Shown one piece after another: positions 1 through 13,497 of a DNA stretch of 64,000 bases (position 1 is the first letter of the stretch; each line of letters opens with the position of its first letter). A program made the position numbers and the translations under genes. Where the stretch lies: the NCBI GenBank assembly GCA_951406725.2, contig OX597814.1, positions 187,922,001 through 187,986,000 of the forward strand, written 5' to 3'. The notes beneath the pieces were generated by a model. That model searched no databases. It saw only the letters and a list, made by a program, of their open reading frames with translations, and was not told the DNA's origin. This DNA is from Octopus vulgaris. Its lineage: Eukaryota.

Positions 1-687
1 CATTCTCTGTATTTTTATGTGGAGGATGGATCCATTTGTAATAATGTCATTCATATGCCAGGGTTGAGAGCAGTGGGTGACAAAGTGCTACTTGTAAGGT
101 CTGAAGAGCATTGTCTGTTACAATTGTGGTGTAAGTGAAGTAAAAAATAATACAGTATGAAGGATGTAGAACTAGAGATTGAAGAGTTTCAATGATGGAA
201 TGTTTATTCATAGAGTGCATGTCTCTCTCATTAAACTTTGGTAATTTAAGATATGAGAAATGAACATAGTTATAGTGGGAAGTGAGTTAGTAAAATGAAG
301 GTAGAAAACAATATGATAAGATTTTATAGACGAACAGTCATTAATTTTCCCTTTTGTCTGTAAATTCAATATTTGGGTTTCTTCTATTGCTGATATCTAG
401 ATGCTTTTATGCATGCAGACTATGTTATTGTATAAAATATTGGCTTCTTACTTAGGTACAGCAGAATATGGAGAATGATGTTATGATGATTGTTTTTTTC
501 CTAGGGGGTTAGGTGATATAATGATGTGAATTGGCTACAGTTACTATTTAGGTTACTAAACTGGGCCACAAACTTGGTGGCTTTCCAAGAGCTTACCTCA
601 ACGTTACTGTATTTTGAACAAGCATAATAATTATTAATGTGGGAAAAATGTTTTAGTATTTTATCTTGTGTTATAAATGTAGAACAT

Positions 688-718
<31 letters not shown>

Positions 719-2313
719 TCATTTTTGTTATCTAGTTATATGTTTTAAAATATATTTTATATTTTATTTATGATTTGGTTTATGTCTATCATTGTTTGAA
801 TTGCATAATAGTGGTTTTTCCTCTAATTTATATTATATTATATATATATATAAAACAGATAATTGTTCAAAATACATTTTCAATTACAAGGTTCAGCAAC
901 ATTTTCTACCAAATTCCAGTAGCTTGAGCATTTTGAGAAATTGAATTGTTGCTTTTCATAGTTTTATAATTTGGTAAAGCTAATTTTATCACATTGAAGG
1001 TTACTAATTATAGTATAGATATATGGTTGCCAACTGGCAGAATCTTTATTGAATAGAATTCTTTGTGATGTTTGTTCTGGCTTTCTGCATTCTGAATTCA
1101 GATTGTACTGAGGTCAACTTCGCCTTTCATGGTTTTTGGAGTGAGGGTCAGGTGGATAACTAAAGTACTACTGTAAGAGCAGAGAAGGGCAGAATTGTTT
1201 GGGAATTAGACAAGGTGCTTTGCTGTATGTTTTTGGCTTTATTGTGATGTTGGTTTCAGTAGTTTATCTCTCTCCATTGCAAAACACTAGCTGACAGATG
1301 AGAGAGAGGGTCCAGAGATGACTAAAGATTTAAATGAATGAATGACTATATATTTTAGTGTAATTATGTTGAAAAGTTAATCACCTTTTGCAAATACTTA
1401 ATGGAAACAGTTTCTTTTAAGAAATATTCCATTTAAGTAATAGGCTTTCTTCAATGGGTATCTATGTCTTAGTACATTCTGTGGTTTAATATACTGTTAG
1501 CATGGTAAAAAAGTGGAACAGTTTATTATAGGAAATGTTTGAGCCATCTGCCAGATGAGTCGAATCTTAAAGTACTGCATTGTGTTGTTGATCCTGATTC
1601 TGTTTATTTCAATGTATGCATAACCCAGGAAGAAAAAGATTAGGTTTTTCTTTGGAAACTAGGTGTTATGTATTTTATAATATGAAAAGAAATAACATTG
1701 TTTTCTTTTAATCATATTTTATCCTTGAAGAAAAGAAATCAAATCAGGCACGGGCATGGCTGTGTGGTAAGAAGCTTGCTTCCCAACTACATGGTCCCAG
1801 GTTCAGTTCCACTGCGTGGCACCTTGGTCAAGTGTCTTCTATAGCCTTGGACCAGTCAAAGCCTTGGGAGTGGATTTGGTAGACAGAAATTGAAAGAAGC
1901 CTATCATTTATATATATATGTATGTGTATGTGTCTTTGTGTATGTTTGCCCCCCACCACTGCTTGACAACTGGTGTTGGTGTGTTTACATCCCCATAACT
2001 TAGTGGCTTGGTAAAAGAGACTGAGAGATTAAGTACCAGGCTTTAAAAAAAACGAAAATAAGGTCTGGAGTTAATTCATTTGACAAAAATTCCACAAGGC
2101 AGTGCCCCAGCATGATTGCAGTGTAAAAGATAAAAAGTATCAGTGATACTGGATGGAAAGTAACATGATTTTAAAAGCTAATAGTTGGAAAGAATTTAAT
2201 TTGAAAGAAAATGGTAAATGATGTATCGTTAGGTTAAGATATATGCTACTACCTTGCCGGTATTGATTTTATTGTTTGTATAATGCCATGAATTTCTTAA
2301 AATTTCTTTGTAG

Positions 2314-2406
2314 ATGATACTGATTCCCGCTCTGAGCGTCCTTCCTCTCGACTTGATTATAGCCGTTATGACAGAGAGTATTATAGTAGGCACAAGGATC
2401 CATATG
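2314..2406 (+). CDS. Sec16: Sec16 exon, Arg/Asp/Tyr-rich ([30 protein letters not shown])
   Basis: tttgtag acceptor, gtaagt donor, 93 nt, phase 1-1, open frame. Confidence 0.85.
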
Positions 2407-5400
2407 GTAAGTCTTATTTAATTGGAAACAGTCCTAATTAAGTGATGCAATAATTAAATCATGTACTTCATTGCCTGGTAATTATTAGATTTCTGAATCA
2501 GTATAATTTCAATTGTATATCAGTTTGAAGTGTATATGTACACGTGTGTGTGTGTGTGTGCATGCTTGGAGTAGGGTGGAGGAAATATGATTGGAGTGTA
2601 AGTTAGTGGATGTTGTGCTATAAGTATCATCATCATTGTTTAACGTCCACTTTCCATGCTAGCATGGGTTGGATGGTTTGACTGGTGTCTGGGAAGCCAG
2701 GAGGCTGCACCAGGCCCAGTCTGATCTGGCAGTGTTTCTACAGCTGTATGTCCTTCCTAACGCCAACCACTCCGTTAGTGTAGTGGGTGCTTTTTACTTG
2801 CCACCGGCACAGGTGCCAGGTGAGGCTGGCAACGGCCACGATCGGATTGGTGCTTTTCACATGCCACCAGCACGGAGGCCAGTCGGGGCGGCGCTGGCAA
2901 CAGCCACGTTTGGATGGTTCTTTTACGTGCCACCAGCACTGGTATCACAACTACAATTTCCATTGATTTTTGAGCGATTTCGATTTCACTTGCCTCATCA
3001 ACATGTTTGGTAGTTAGTGATTGGATACAATATGCTGAAGTTAGTTTCTTTTTCAATCAATTAAATGTACTATAGTTAGTCAATTAACTGAATTCTCCAA
3101 AGTTTCACGCTGCCTTACATATGGGTATGATTTTAAATTGTAGAGAAAAACATTTTCTTTTATTCAATTCATATTTTTACTAAATATCTTTCAAAATTGT
3201 TTCTGTAAAGAAATAAAAAGGAAAAAAAAAAAATTGTTGAAGCTGTTTTTATTCTATCAAGTAAAATGTGCTTCTACAAAATATTACTGAATTTTGCTTC
3301 AGCATTTGTAGTATGGAAGACTCTATCAGTTGGAAGTTATTTTTTTGAAAATTAGGTGCTTTATTTAGCAGATAGTAAAATTAGCATTTTAAGAGTTATT
3401 GAATCAATGTAGATCTGGCTTTTGAGGCATTGTTAATGTTTTGTAAGGCAGCTGAGTGGTAGGAATCGTAGATTAATGGACTAAATATTGATTATTAATT
3501 ATCAGGTCATTAAGAATGTCCGATTTTCTTATGTACCAATTTTGACAATTTTTTGTTTTACAACATTGAAGAGTTACATGCTCACTTTTTGAAATGCAAT
3601 TCATGGTGTCTGATTATATTGTGAGTTTTCTCTTGTAAATCAATTTTTGTAAGCCCTTGGATAGATCAAAAATTTGTATTGTTTATGAATATGAGTTTTG
3701 TTGTGGAACCGATGCATCCCAGACAGCTCAAAACATCAATGAGGTGTTTGGTGAAGATGTGGTAAATGAACGCATTGTATGTCTATGGTTTGAGAAGTTC
3801 CGGTCTGGTGACTTTACTCTTGAAAATCAAACCCTGTTGTTCACCTGAGACCAAGGTAGATAATGATGAGCTGGAATCTGTAGTGGAAGTGGATACATCT
3901 CAAACTATGTGTGAGTTAGCAAGGTTTGATGTTTCAATTTCAACTGCATTGGTCTATCTGAAACAAACCAGCAAAATAAAAAAGATGGACAAGTGGGTAC
4001 CATATGAATTGAACAAGCATCAAATGACGCATCATCCTGAAACTGCTGTTCTTTGCCGTCATGGCATAAAAGCAAACCATTTTTACATTGTATTGTTATG
4101 TGTGATGAAAAAGGGATTCTTTTCAACAATAGCAAGCGTTCTGTACAGTTGTTGGATAGAGACAAAGTACCAAAACACAATCCAAAAAAGAATGTTCATC
4201 AAAAAAAAGCTAGTGGCATCTATTTGGTGGTCCAGCACTGGTGTCATCCACTGCAGCTTCATGAGACCTGGAAAGTCAATTACAGCGGATGTATGCATCA
4301 ACCAGTTGGATGAAATGATGAGTGAACTTACAATTAAACAACTGAGATTGGTCAATAGAGACAGGCTTGTTCTCTTGTAAGACAATGCTCAACCACATGT
4401 TGCACAAAGAATGCTACTTAAGTTACAGGAATTAAACTTGGAAGTACTCTTGTTATCCACCATATTCACTAGACCTTGCACCAACTGGCTATTATCATGT
4501 TTTCCTGGCATTAGACAACTTTTTGCAAGGAAAAATCTTCAAATCTAAAGAAAATGCAAAAACAGCCTCTTGTGATTTCATCACCTCTTGCTCTCCAGAA
4601 TTCTTTGCTGCCAGCATAAATATGCTAATGATAAAATGGCAAAATTGTGTTGATAATTTAGGTGCATATTTTGATTAACTGCATTGCTTTTTGTTGAGAT
4701 AAAGTAAAATAAACCTCCAGTTTAGGATCAGACAGTTCATTCTTAATGACCTGATAGTTTTTCTCCTTTATATTCTGAGTTCAAATCTTGCCAGAGTTGA
4801 TTCTATTTTTTATGTCTTTCATTCCTCTAAGATTTGCAAAATAACTAGAAGGTACATACTAAAGTTATTTCAGTGGAATATGTCCTACCTCTATAAATCT
4901 ACTAATGTGTAGAGTCTATACTAAATTAGTTGAGTATGGTAATGGGATTTTGGTAGCCTTATAACATTATTGAGATCAAATTAGATATTCTTTACCATCT
5001 ACTAACTCTGTGGATTTATATAATAGTTATTAAGAAGTGGAGAAAGGCAGTGTATTTCATATTTTTGCATTAAAATTCAGCTGGGTTGATGTTACTTTTT
5101 ATCATTACAATTGAAAAGAAAACTTCAATATTCTGGGTTTTATTAAATTAATTATACTCTGCTCTTACAAAGTTGCTAATAAAATTATCTTTATGGTGGT
5201 GATTTATGTTAGGTTTATTTGAGGAAGATAAAGTATGTGTAAATTTAGGACAAGAAAATTTGACTATTATACTAGTATTAATAGTATATTATACTAATAT
5301 AATAGTATACTGTTTTGACTATTATACTAAAATTTGTTATGGGATATGCTCAAAGATTTTAGTTATTACTGCACTTGTAAATTAATTAATTTTACCAGGA

Positions 5401-8400
5401 ACACATGATACTTGAACATGAAAAAGTAGCTTTATATACACTTTCACAGTGGCTGTAAAATGTAGGGTTAACCAGAAATAGCAGCATTTACTTGACTCCT
5501 CGTTTAATGTCCATAGTGAAGTTATATAATAAATACACAAATGTTTATCAGTGTGTCTTATATTGAGAAAGTTCAATCTATTTTATTAATTTACAAAGAT
5601 AGTGATGACTAAACTCTGGGTATATCCCTATGTAAGCTTTTGTATGAAAACTAAAACACTGCAGTAGTTTATGTTTTGACTATTGGATAAGTACCATTGT
5701 GAAAGTGGAATTTTATATTTCTGGACAAGATTATTCTGTATAGAATAATATCCTGGGATCATCATCATCACCGTTTAACGTCCGCTTTCCAAGCTAGCAT
5801 GGGTTGGACGATTTTGACTAAGGGCTGGCAAACCAGATGGCTGTACCAGGCTCCAAACCTGATCTGGCAGAGTGTCTACAGCTGGATGCCCTTCCTAATG
5901 CCAACCACTCCGAGAGTGTAGTGGCTGCTTTTTACGTGCCACTGGGACGGGGGCCAGTCAGGCGGTACTGGCAATGATCTCGTTTGAATCCTTTTACACA
6001 TGCCACCAACACAGGTGCCAGTAAGGCGATGTTGGTAATGATCACGCTCGAATGGTGCCCTTTTACGTGGCACGGAAGGCAGTTGGCTGCTCTGGCAACG
6101 ATCACACTCGGATGATGCTCTTGGCACCGGATGTTTTGTACAAATCAAAATAACAGTAATAGTATATTTTTACTAATGAAATTGTAGTTTCATTGTTTCA
6201 ATGAGGAGATTGTGTAATAGTATTTATTACCTCTTTAGAATCTCTTAATATGTAGGTATGATCAAGTCTTGAGAATCGAAGAGGTTAGTAGTGTTAGTGT
6301 TCATTTTAAACTGAAGGATGGAATATATGACTAAAATGACAATTCTAGAGGAATGTAGATCTAGAAAAGATTATTTAAGTGCAATTTATTTGATATACGG
6401 TTTTGAACTTCTGTGGCATGTTTTTCCCATTTAGTGTTTTATTACTTTCTTGAATTTTTAAAAAGAGAATGTTAAGTGCTTGAAAAAATAGAATTGGATT
6501 ATTTTGTTTATAAATTCGAGGTGAGTTGAAGAGGTCATCATCATCGTTTAACGTCCACTTTCCATGCTAGCATGGGTTGGACGATTTTGACTTAAGGCTG
6601 GCGAACCAGATGGCTGCACCAGGCTCTAATCTTGATTTGGCAGAGTTTCTACAGCTGGATGCCCTTCCTAATGCCAACCACTCCGAGAGTGTAGTGGATG
6701 CTTTTTACGTGCCACTGGCATGGGGGCCAGTCAGGCGGTACTGGCAATGACCTCGCTCGAATCCTTAACTTTTCAAATTTATGAAGGACAACCGAGCTAA
6801 AATTATTATAATTTTAGTTCATTAAATCCTGAACCTTGCAGCTATAGCCCTACTATTAAACTAATATGGAATCTATTGAAATTTTTGGTCATTGAATTAA
6901 TAGTAGGGGTATTATTGCGAATCATTTGTCTCATTTGATTGTGTAATTAGATAAAAATCGGTAAGTATATAAATTTCTTTGTAACATTCCAAAGGATTTA
7001 CTTGATGGATTTTCTGAATAATTGCAGGCCGCAGGTATCATAGGAAAGGTATGTAAGTCCACAGATTCTCAATCAGAATCTTTTTTGCATTGGCACATAG
7101 AGCAGTAGAGCATTCCTGCCTGTCTCTATCACTTTCAAAGTTTTTGGAAGATCTTCTCAATTCAAATCTCCATCTTCTGCAAATAATTGATCTTTGATAT
7201 TTTCTCCCCTTTAAGTTCTCAATATCCAGTAAGATATCTGCTTATTCTTGTATTCAAATCTTTCTCAGCTGTATGTTTGTCAATACATCTATCTTTGTTT
7301 GCAAATGCATTTCTCTTTTTCTGGTTGTGGTTTCTATCTGTAATACATTTATCAGATAGTTTCTTTCTTTAAGGATGCATGAATACATATTTTGTTATGA
7401 GTATCAAATAATGAGAATGTTCCATTTTTGCAAAACCATTCAACTTGTGCTAGAATAGCAAACTGGGTATAAATTGTTAACATATACAATCAAGTGATTT
7501 TCATTGTATTTATAAAATTTTTATGATACTTGAAATAATCAACACTTATTTTTCTGTTAAGTATTTGTTGGAATTCAGTTACTTAGAGTAAATATTTTGG
7601 TTATAATGATAAAGATGATTGACAGTAGAGCACCAAGCTAAATGCTTTGCCATATTTAGTTTCCTTTTTGCAGTTTCTGAGTACAGTCTTATGTACACCC
7701 TCCTCCCAGTTTTAACCTAAAAATTAGGGCTGTGCGTTATGCACAAGTACTAAATGTTACTCATTTTTCCTGGCCTCTAGTGCATGGTCATATTAAGGAT
7801 AGCATGCCCAAAAGTGAGTTATGTCTATTGCCTAAGCTAACTGATGTGTAATGAAGAGTTTATAAATGCTGAAACTGTGTTTCACAAATATACAATACTG
7901 TCATTTACAATAGTTACCATGCATGGTTGCCCTTATTGGAAATTGTATTGATCAATATCTGAATAAATAAAGCAGAATTTTACTCATAATTATTGATACC
8001 AAATAATCAGAAATCAAAATATACAGTGGTGGCAATGGAACTCTTTTCTGTTTTTATCTAGACATAATTTTATGTTATAAATAAAATACTATCTAAGAAT
8101 AGTGTCAATATAATTTATTTCCCATAAAATTACATATGGAACACTTGATGGAGTATATTTTAAATATACTTTTTTGCTTTATTTAGATTTCCAGTTAAGA
8201 AGAACATTTTTTAAATCCTTTTAGCATTCAGATTGCTCTGTCAAATGTAATGCTTATTTATTTACACCATTTTGGATTAATCTTGCATTATATCATAGCT
8301 TCAAGATTTCCATGATGTGATTTGTAGAATTTAAGTGTAGGGTAGGTGTAAGAGGTTGGATCTGGTCAGTTTGAACATAAAACAATATTTGGGCCAGATA

Positions 8401-11400
8401 TGGCCTTTCAAATGCTAAAGGATTAACTCGATAAAAAGAAAATCAATTTTTAATTACCTGACACTGAATGTCTGATGTTCAAAAGCCTAAAGCTCTATAT
8501 GAAGTTTTTTTCTTTTTATACAGGCTTCTTGAAAACATAAGTGTTTTTTTTTTAAACTCATGTTTAAATAAATCTTTGTTCTTCATTGACAACATGATCA
8601 TGTGTGCATCACTGTGCAAACTGAACAGCAAAATTATGAACTTAAGTACACTGCTGTTATCATTATAAATTGATTTTGCAGGGAAAAAACAAAATGATCA
8701 TCTAATTTTCACAATATTGACTTTACAGCAAATGCACTTCTATGGCCTGTACTAGTAAAGTTGAAAGATCACTTTTGGTTTTGCTTTTTGTTTTAATTAG
8801 GATACTTGAACTTTTTCAGGATATTTTATGTAGCGATTATAATATAACTAACTAAACATTCTTTTCAAAACACCATAATACAAGGTTTCAATCTTGATCT
8901 GGCAGAGTTTCTACAGCTGGATGCCCTTCCTGATGCCAACCACTCCGAGAGTTATTTATTCATATTAGATAAATATGGTAGGTCAGAGCTGATTCCGTTC
9001 TGTCATGATAACGTGACAACAAAATCATTGGATGTAGATTTCCAATGGACAGTCTCCACTGGTTCCTTGCATTTTTGATGGTGAGAGTGTCAAACAGGTG
9101 TCTATGCAACTTGGAAAGAAGTGCTACAAGACATTTTGTGCGAGTGCTCCGTTGTTGCTGATACACATTGTTGAAGAATGCGTATGCAAGTATATATACA
9201 CACACATGCAAGGAACTTCTGCACAATTTTTGTCAACCAGATTTCATTTAAAAACATTGGTGGCTTCATGGCTATGATAGAGGATTCTTGCTCAAGGTGC
9301 CATGCTATGGGATCAAATCAGAGGGACTGCATAGCCTACATGGAAAACTCATAATGATTATAATGATAATAATAGATGACTGAGGGCTGAAATATGTAAC
9401 ATTCTAATTTGTTCATAAGTTGTTTGGGCTAAGAAGGGATTTAGAGTTTTCAATTCTCTGTATCTTTCAACTTATTCCAAGATATTTCACCATTCATTGC
9501 CTTTAATGTCTTCATACCGAAATGTGATGCCATACTGTTTTAATATACAAAGTCACAATTATTCTTATTTTTATCAACATATTCTTTTGAATTAACGAAT
9601 ATTTCTGTAATTATTACCTATTCTGAAAATATTCTCATTGGCCATAGATTAGGGTTATTCAAGTATTTTAAATTTTAACCTTAGTTTTACTTGTTGAAAC
9701 TTTAAGTTCTAAATGTATCGATTCTTTAGAACAAGTAACTTTTCTTTTGCTAGATTATGACCCAAGTTATTATAATAGAAATGCAGCCTACTATAACTAC
9801 TATCGAGGCCGTTATGGACCAGGATACTATGAAGATGCAGAATCCTACTATAACCGCTACTATCAAGAAAAAGCAAGGTGAGTGGAGCTTTTTTTTATTA
9901 ATATCTTTAACAATATTTTCTAAGTAATCTCATAAGGTAATGTGCACAAAATATATTTTCTCTGAGATTTTTGATAATTTAAAATAATTTTTATAATTCT
10001 TTTGTATGTCTGTTTTACAAAAAGCTTAAATGTACTTTATAATATATAAATATGTTATGTTTGTATTTGTGTTGCTTGTATTTTTATTTTATTTAAATTA
10101 ATATTGGTTAAATTATAGTGGGTGAACCTCTGCCTAAAAATCTGAATCATATTTAAGGCATTTTGATATACAAAGGGAAATCTGAATGGAATGTAGTTGA
10201 CTAAACACTTTTTTGTCAATTTAGCATGTGATACTAACAAGGTACTTTTGACATTATCTTTGAAATTTTGTTACTTATAAACATTGATAAGCTTATTTCA
10301 TACAGAGTAACTTAATCTTTAATTATTCAAGGTTAAAACTTTTTGGTGTATTGGTAGTTGTTTATCAAAATTATTTAATAATAGTTAATTTAAAGTTAAA
10401 ACAAATGTCAAGATACGGTGTAATGAAACATCTGTTGCTAAAATTATCTTTTTTCTTTATCTTATGCAAAATTTACAAATTGCATTTGTGGGAACGTAGG
10501 CAATTCATATATCTATTAACCCTTTGTCTGTCCAAAGCATTTTCATAAGTTTGTCCTAGACATTCATGCTTGTTTTCAGACTTCTGGTTAGTTCTTGTTT
10601 CATATGTTCTGAGTATTATAAAGCTTTCCTTTCAAAGTCCCAAGTTACCCTAGTGGTTGTGAAAAATTGGGAAAGGCATCCATGCATCATATATGATGCA
10701 TGGACACCAAAGAAATATATAATGTACAGGACAGCTAAAGGACAGGTTAGGGTATTCAGATCAGAACCTTAAGGTTATCAGTTCAATTCCCAGTGGTTCA
10801 TTGTGTCCTTGAGCAAGCCGCTTTATTTTCATGTTGCTCAGTTAGCGAAAATGAATAGTCACACTCTTTGTCATGCTGAGTCACACTCTGTGTCTTGCTG
10901 AGTCTCGTAGTCACACTCTGTGTCATGCTGAATCTCCTTGAGAACTACATTGAGTACACATGTTTGTGGAGTACTCAGCCACTTGCACATTAATTTCATG
11001 AGCAGGCTGTTCTATTGATTGGATCAACTGGAACCCTTGTTGTTGTAACCAACGGAGTGCCAGTTATTATTATTATTATTAATTTAATTGTAGTTTGAAT
11101 TTGATAAATTGTATTGTATTTTAAGGAATGACCTTTCAATAATCTGATGTGCAGTGAAATTAATTGGGATAGGCAAGATTGGTACTGTTATTGTGTTTAT
11201 GTAATGTAGGAGTATGTAAAAGTAATAGGAGTTGTGTAGGCAGAATATGGAGAATATTACAGAAAATCATAGAATATGGGGAATAAAGTGAAAAGTGAAT
11301 AGTAGATATTAGTTTAATTGGAGATTAAGAGTAGCTTACAAATTCTGAACTGGAGGCAGAAAGAAGGTTTTATTGATTGAACAGATGACTGTGATTGGAG

Positions 11401-13449
11401 GTGGCACAACTCCCAAATATGAGAATGCAATGTCATAAGGTTCCAGGTTTTAGCTGTTACCGATGAGATGAATAATAATCTTGTTTATTTTAACTGAAGT
11501 AATTTAGGGGAAAAAAAAAGTTACTATTAGGTCCAAGGAAGTTCTGTTAAATTGGTTGACATACAAGTTGTTCTGCTAGTCATGAACAAAAGTAATGAAT
11601 ATTTGGAAGTGAAAAAATATTGTTATCGTTCTGTATAATGAGTGTCTTTATTTTGTCAATTAATTTAAAATTCATTTTGAGTATTAATAAAATTTTCATC
11701 AGCTCTTTTGGCTAGTCTGCAATGTTTTTATAGTCTTTCACTACTTTCCATTTTTAATCTGTAAATTTTCATATGCTTATGTCTTGTTTAATTTTGAAAA
11801 CAATAAGAATTTGGAATGAATTAGTTAAATAGCTAATTTTTATGTGCATTTCTGTATCAAATTGGTGTTTCTAACATAAGGATAAAATTTTATTGCATAA
11901 AATTATGATGGAAAGTTCTGACTTAATTGTGCATACTTCAAAACAAGATTTTAGTTTGCATCCAAGAACCAAACGAGCAAAATACGTACAATTTACTTTT
12001 ACCATTATCACGGGAGGATTCATTGATAGAAAAAAGTTTTAAACGTTTATCTTTAGAAACAAAGACTGACTCAGTTAATTTACCTAATAATTTAACTTCC
12101 AGTTATTCTGAGAGAATTTATATTGAAGCTTAACAGAGTAGGAAAATATATTGAAACTTGTAGAAATAGGACCATAAAAAGAGTTAGCAACACAAAAAGA
12201 CCTTTTAGCAATCTTTTACATTTTTCTGGCTATACTTGGTTATTTTCAGCATTATCAAATACAACAGGATGCTTGCATGTTTGCTATTTTGAGTGCATGC
12301 TTAAAATATTTCTCTTATATTTCACAATATATATTTTTTTATATTCTTTTTAAATAAAGTTATGGTGTTGGTGGCTTTTATACTTTTATTTGCTCTTCAC
12401 CTGGAACTTGTTTTTTTTGGTGTTTTATATAAATTTTTGCTTTGGACATTCAGTTTAAGAATTTTAAAATCAAATCTGAAATCTCAACACTTAATTGTAC
12501 TGTTACTTGACAAATTTCTTGTCATCAATTTATTTCATCCTGAAGCATTGCTTTCTCTTTTATTTTATTCACAGTATTGGCTACTGTGATAGTGGTGACC
12601 ACTGTTTTGCTCAATCCTCATTCAGAAATGCGTCCTGTTTGAAATTTTTGTATTTGTACATGCACAGTTAAAGAGTTGTGTAATGTATTTGTTTGCTGAT
12701 GTCTAATCTATATGTATAATCAGGACTTATCTTACTAACTCTTAACAGTGGGACACATAGAGGCATCGTGTGCATGCATAAACTTTTTAAGTTAGAATGA
12801 GGGCAGTGTAAAAATGCCATCAGATGTGGGGCTAGATTTCATATATATATATATATAAATACAGATGAGTGGTACAACAAGGCATCAATATTTACTGGAA
12901 ATAGCAGTCGATACAAATACGATGTTATTGTAAAGCTTCACTGCGTATATACTGGCAAAGACGTGTGAGTGCAACAAACATGAAAAATTTGTTTTACCTC
13001 TAGGAAGAACATTCGATAAATGGACAACCCAGAATTGGATAATGCAGGACCGGTTTCTGACTCTTCAAATACGTTTGTCAATGTAAATTTGATCAGTCTT
13101 CATCAGCTGCATTTACCTAGACAAGATTTCAAATGTTGCCACATCAATGCCAGTACACTCGCCTGAACGCTTAGTTGTTAAAAGAACGAGAAGAGTGAAA
13201 AGGTTTTCAATGAAAAAATACAATAAAATAAAAATAAAACCTCATAAGGGTAATAAAATAAATACAGTAAAATAAAGCCCTATAAGGGTAGAAGTATAAC
13301 TATAAATACAGATGAGTGGTACAACAAGGCGCCAATATTTACTGGAAATAGCAGTCGATACAAATATGACAGTATTGTAAAGCTTCACTGCGTATATACA
13401 TTCAAATATATATACATACCTGTATGTATGTGTGTGTGTGTATGTATAT

Positions 13450-13497
<48 letters not shown>

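Noticed and set aside
5259-5335. Duplicated tttgactattatacta with AT-rich inverted filler
   Set aside because: Short low-complexity repair scar with no functional signal.
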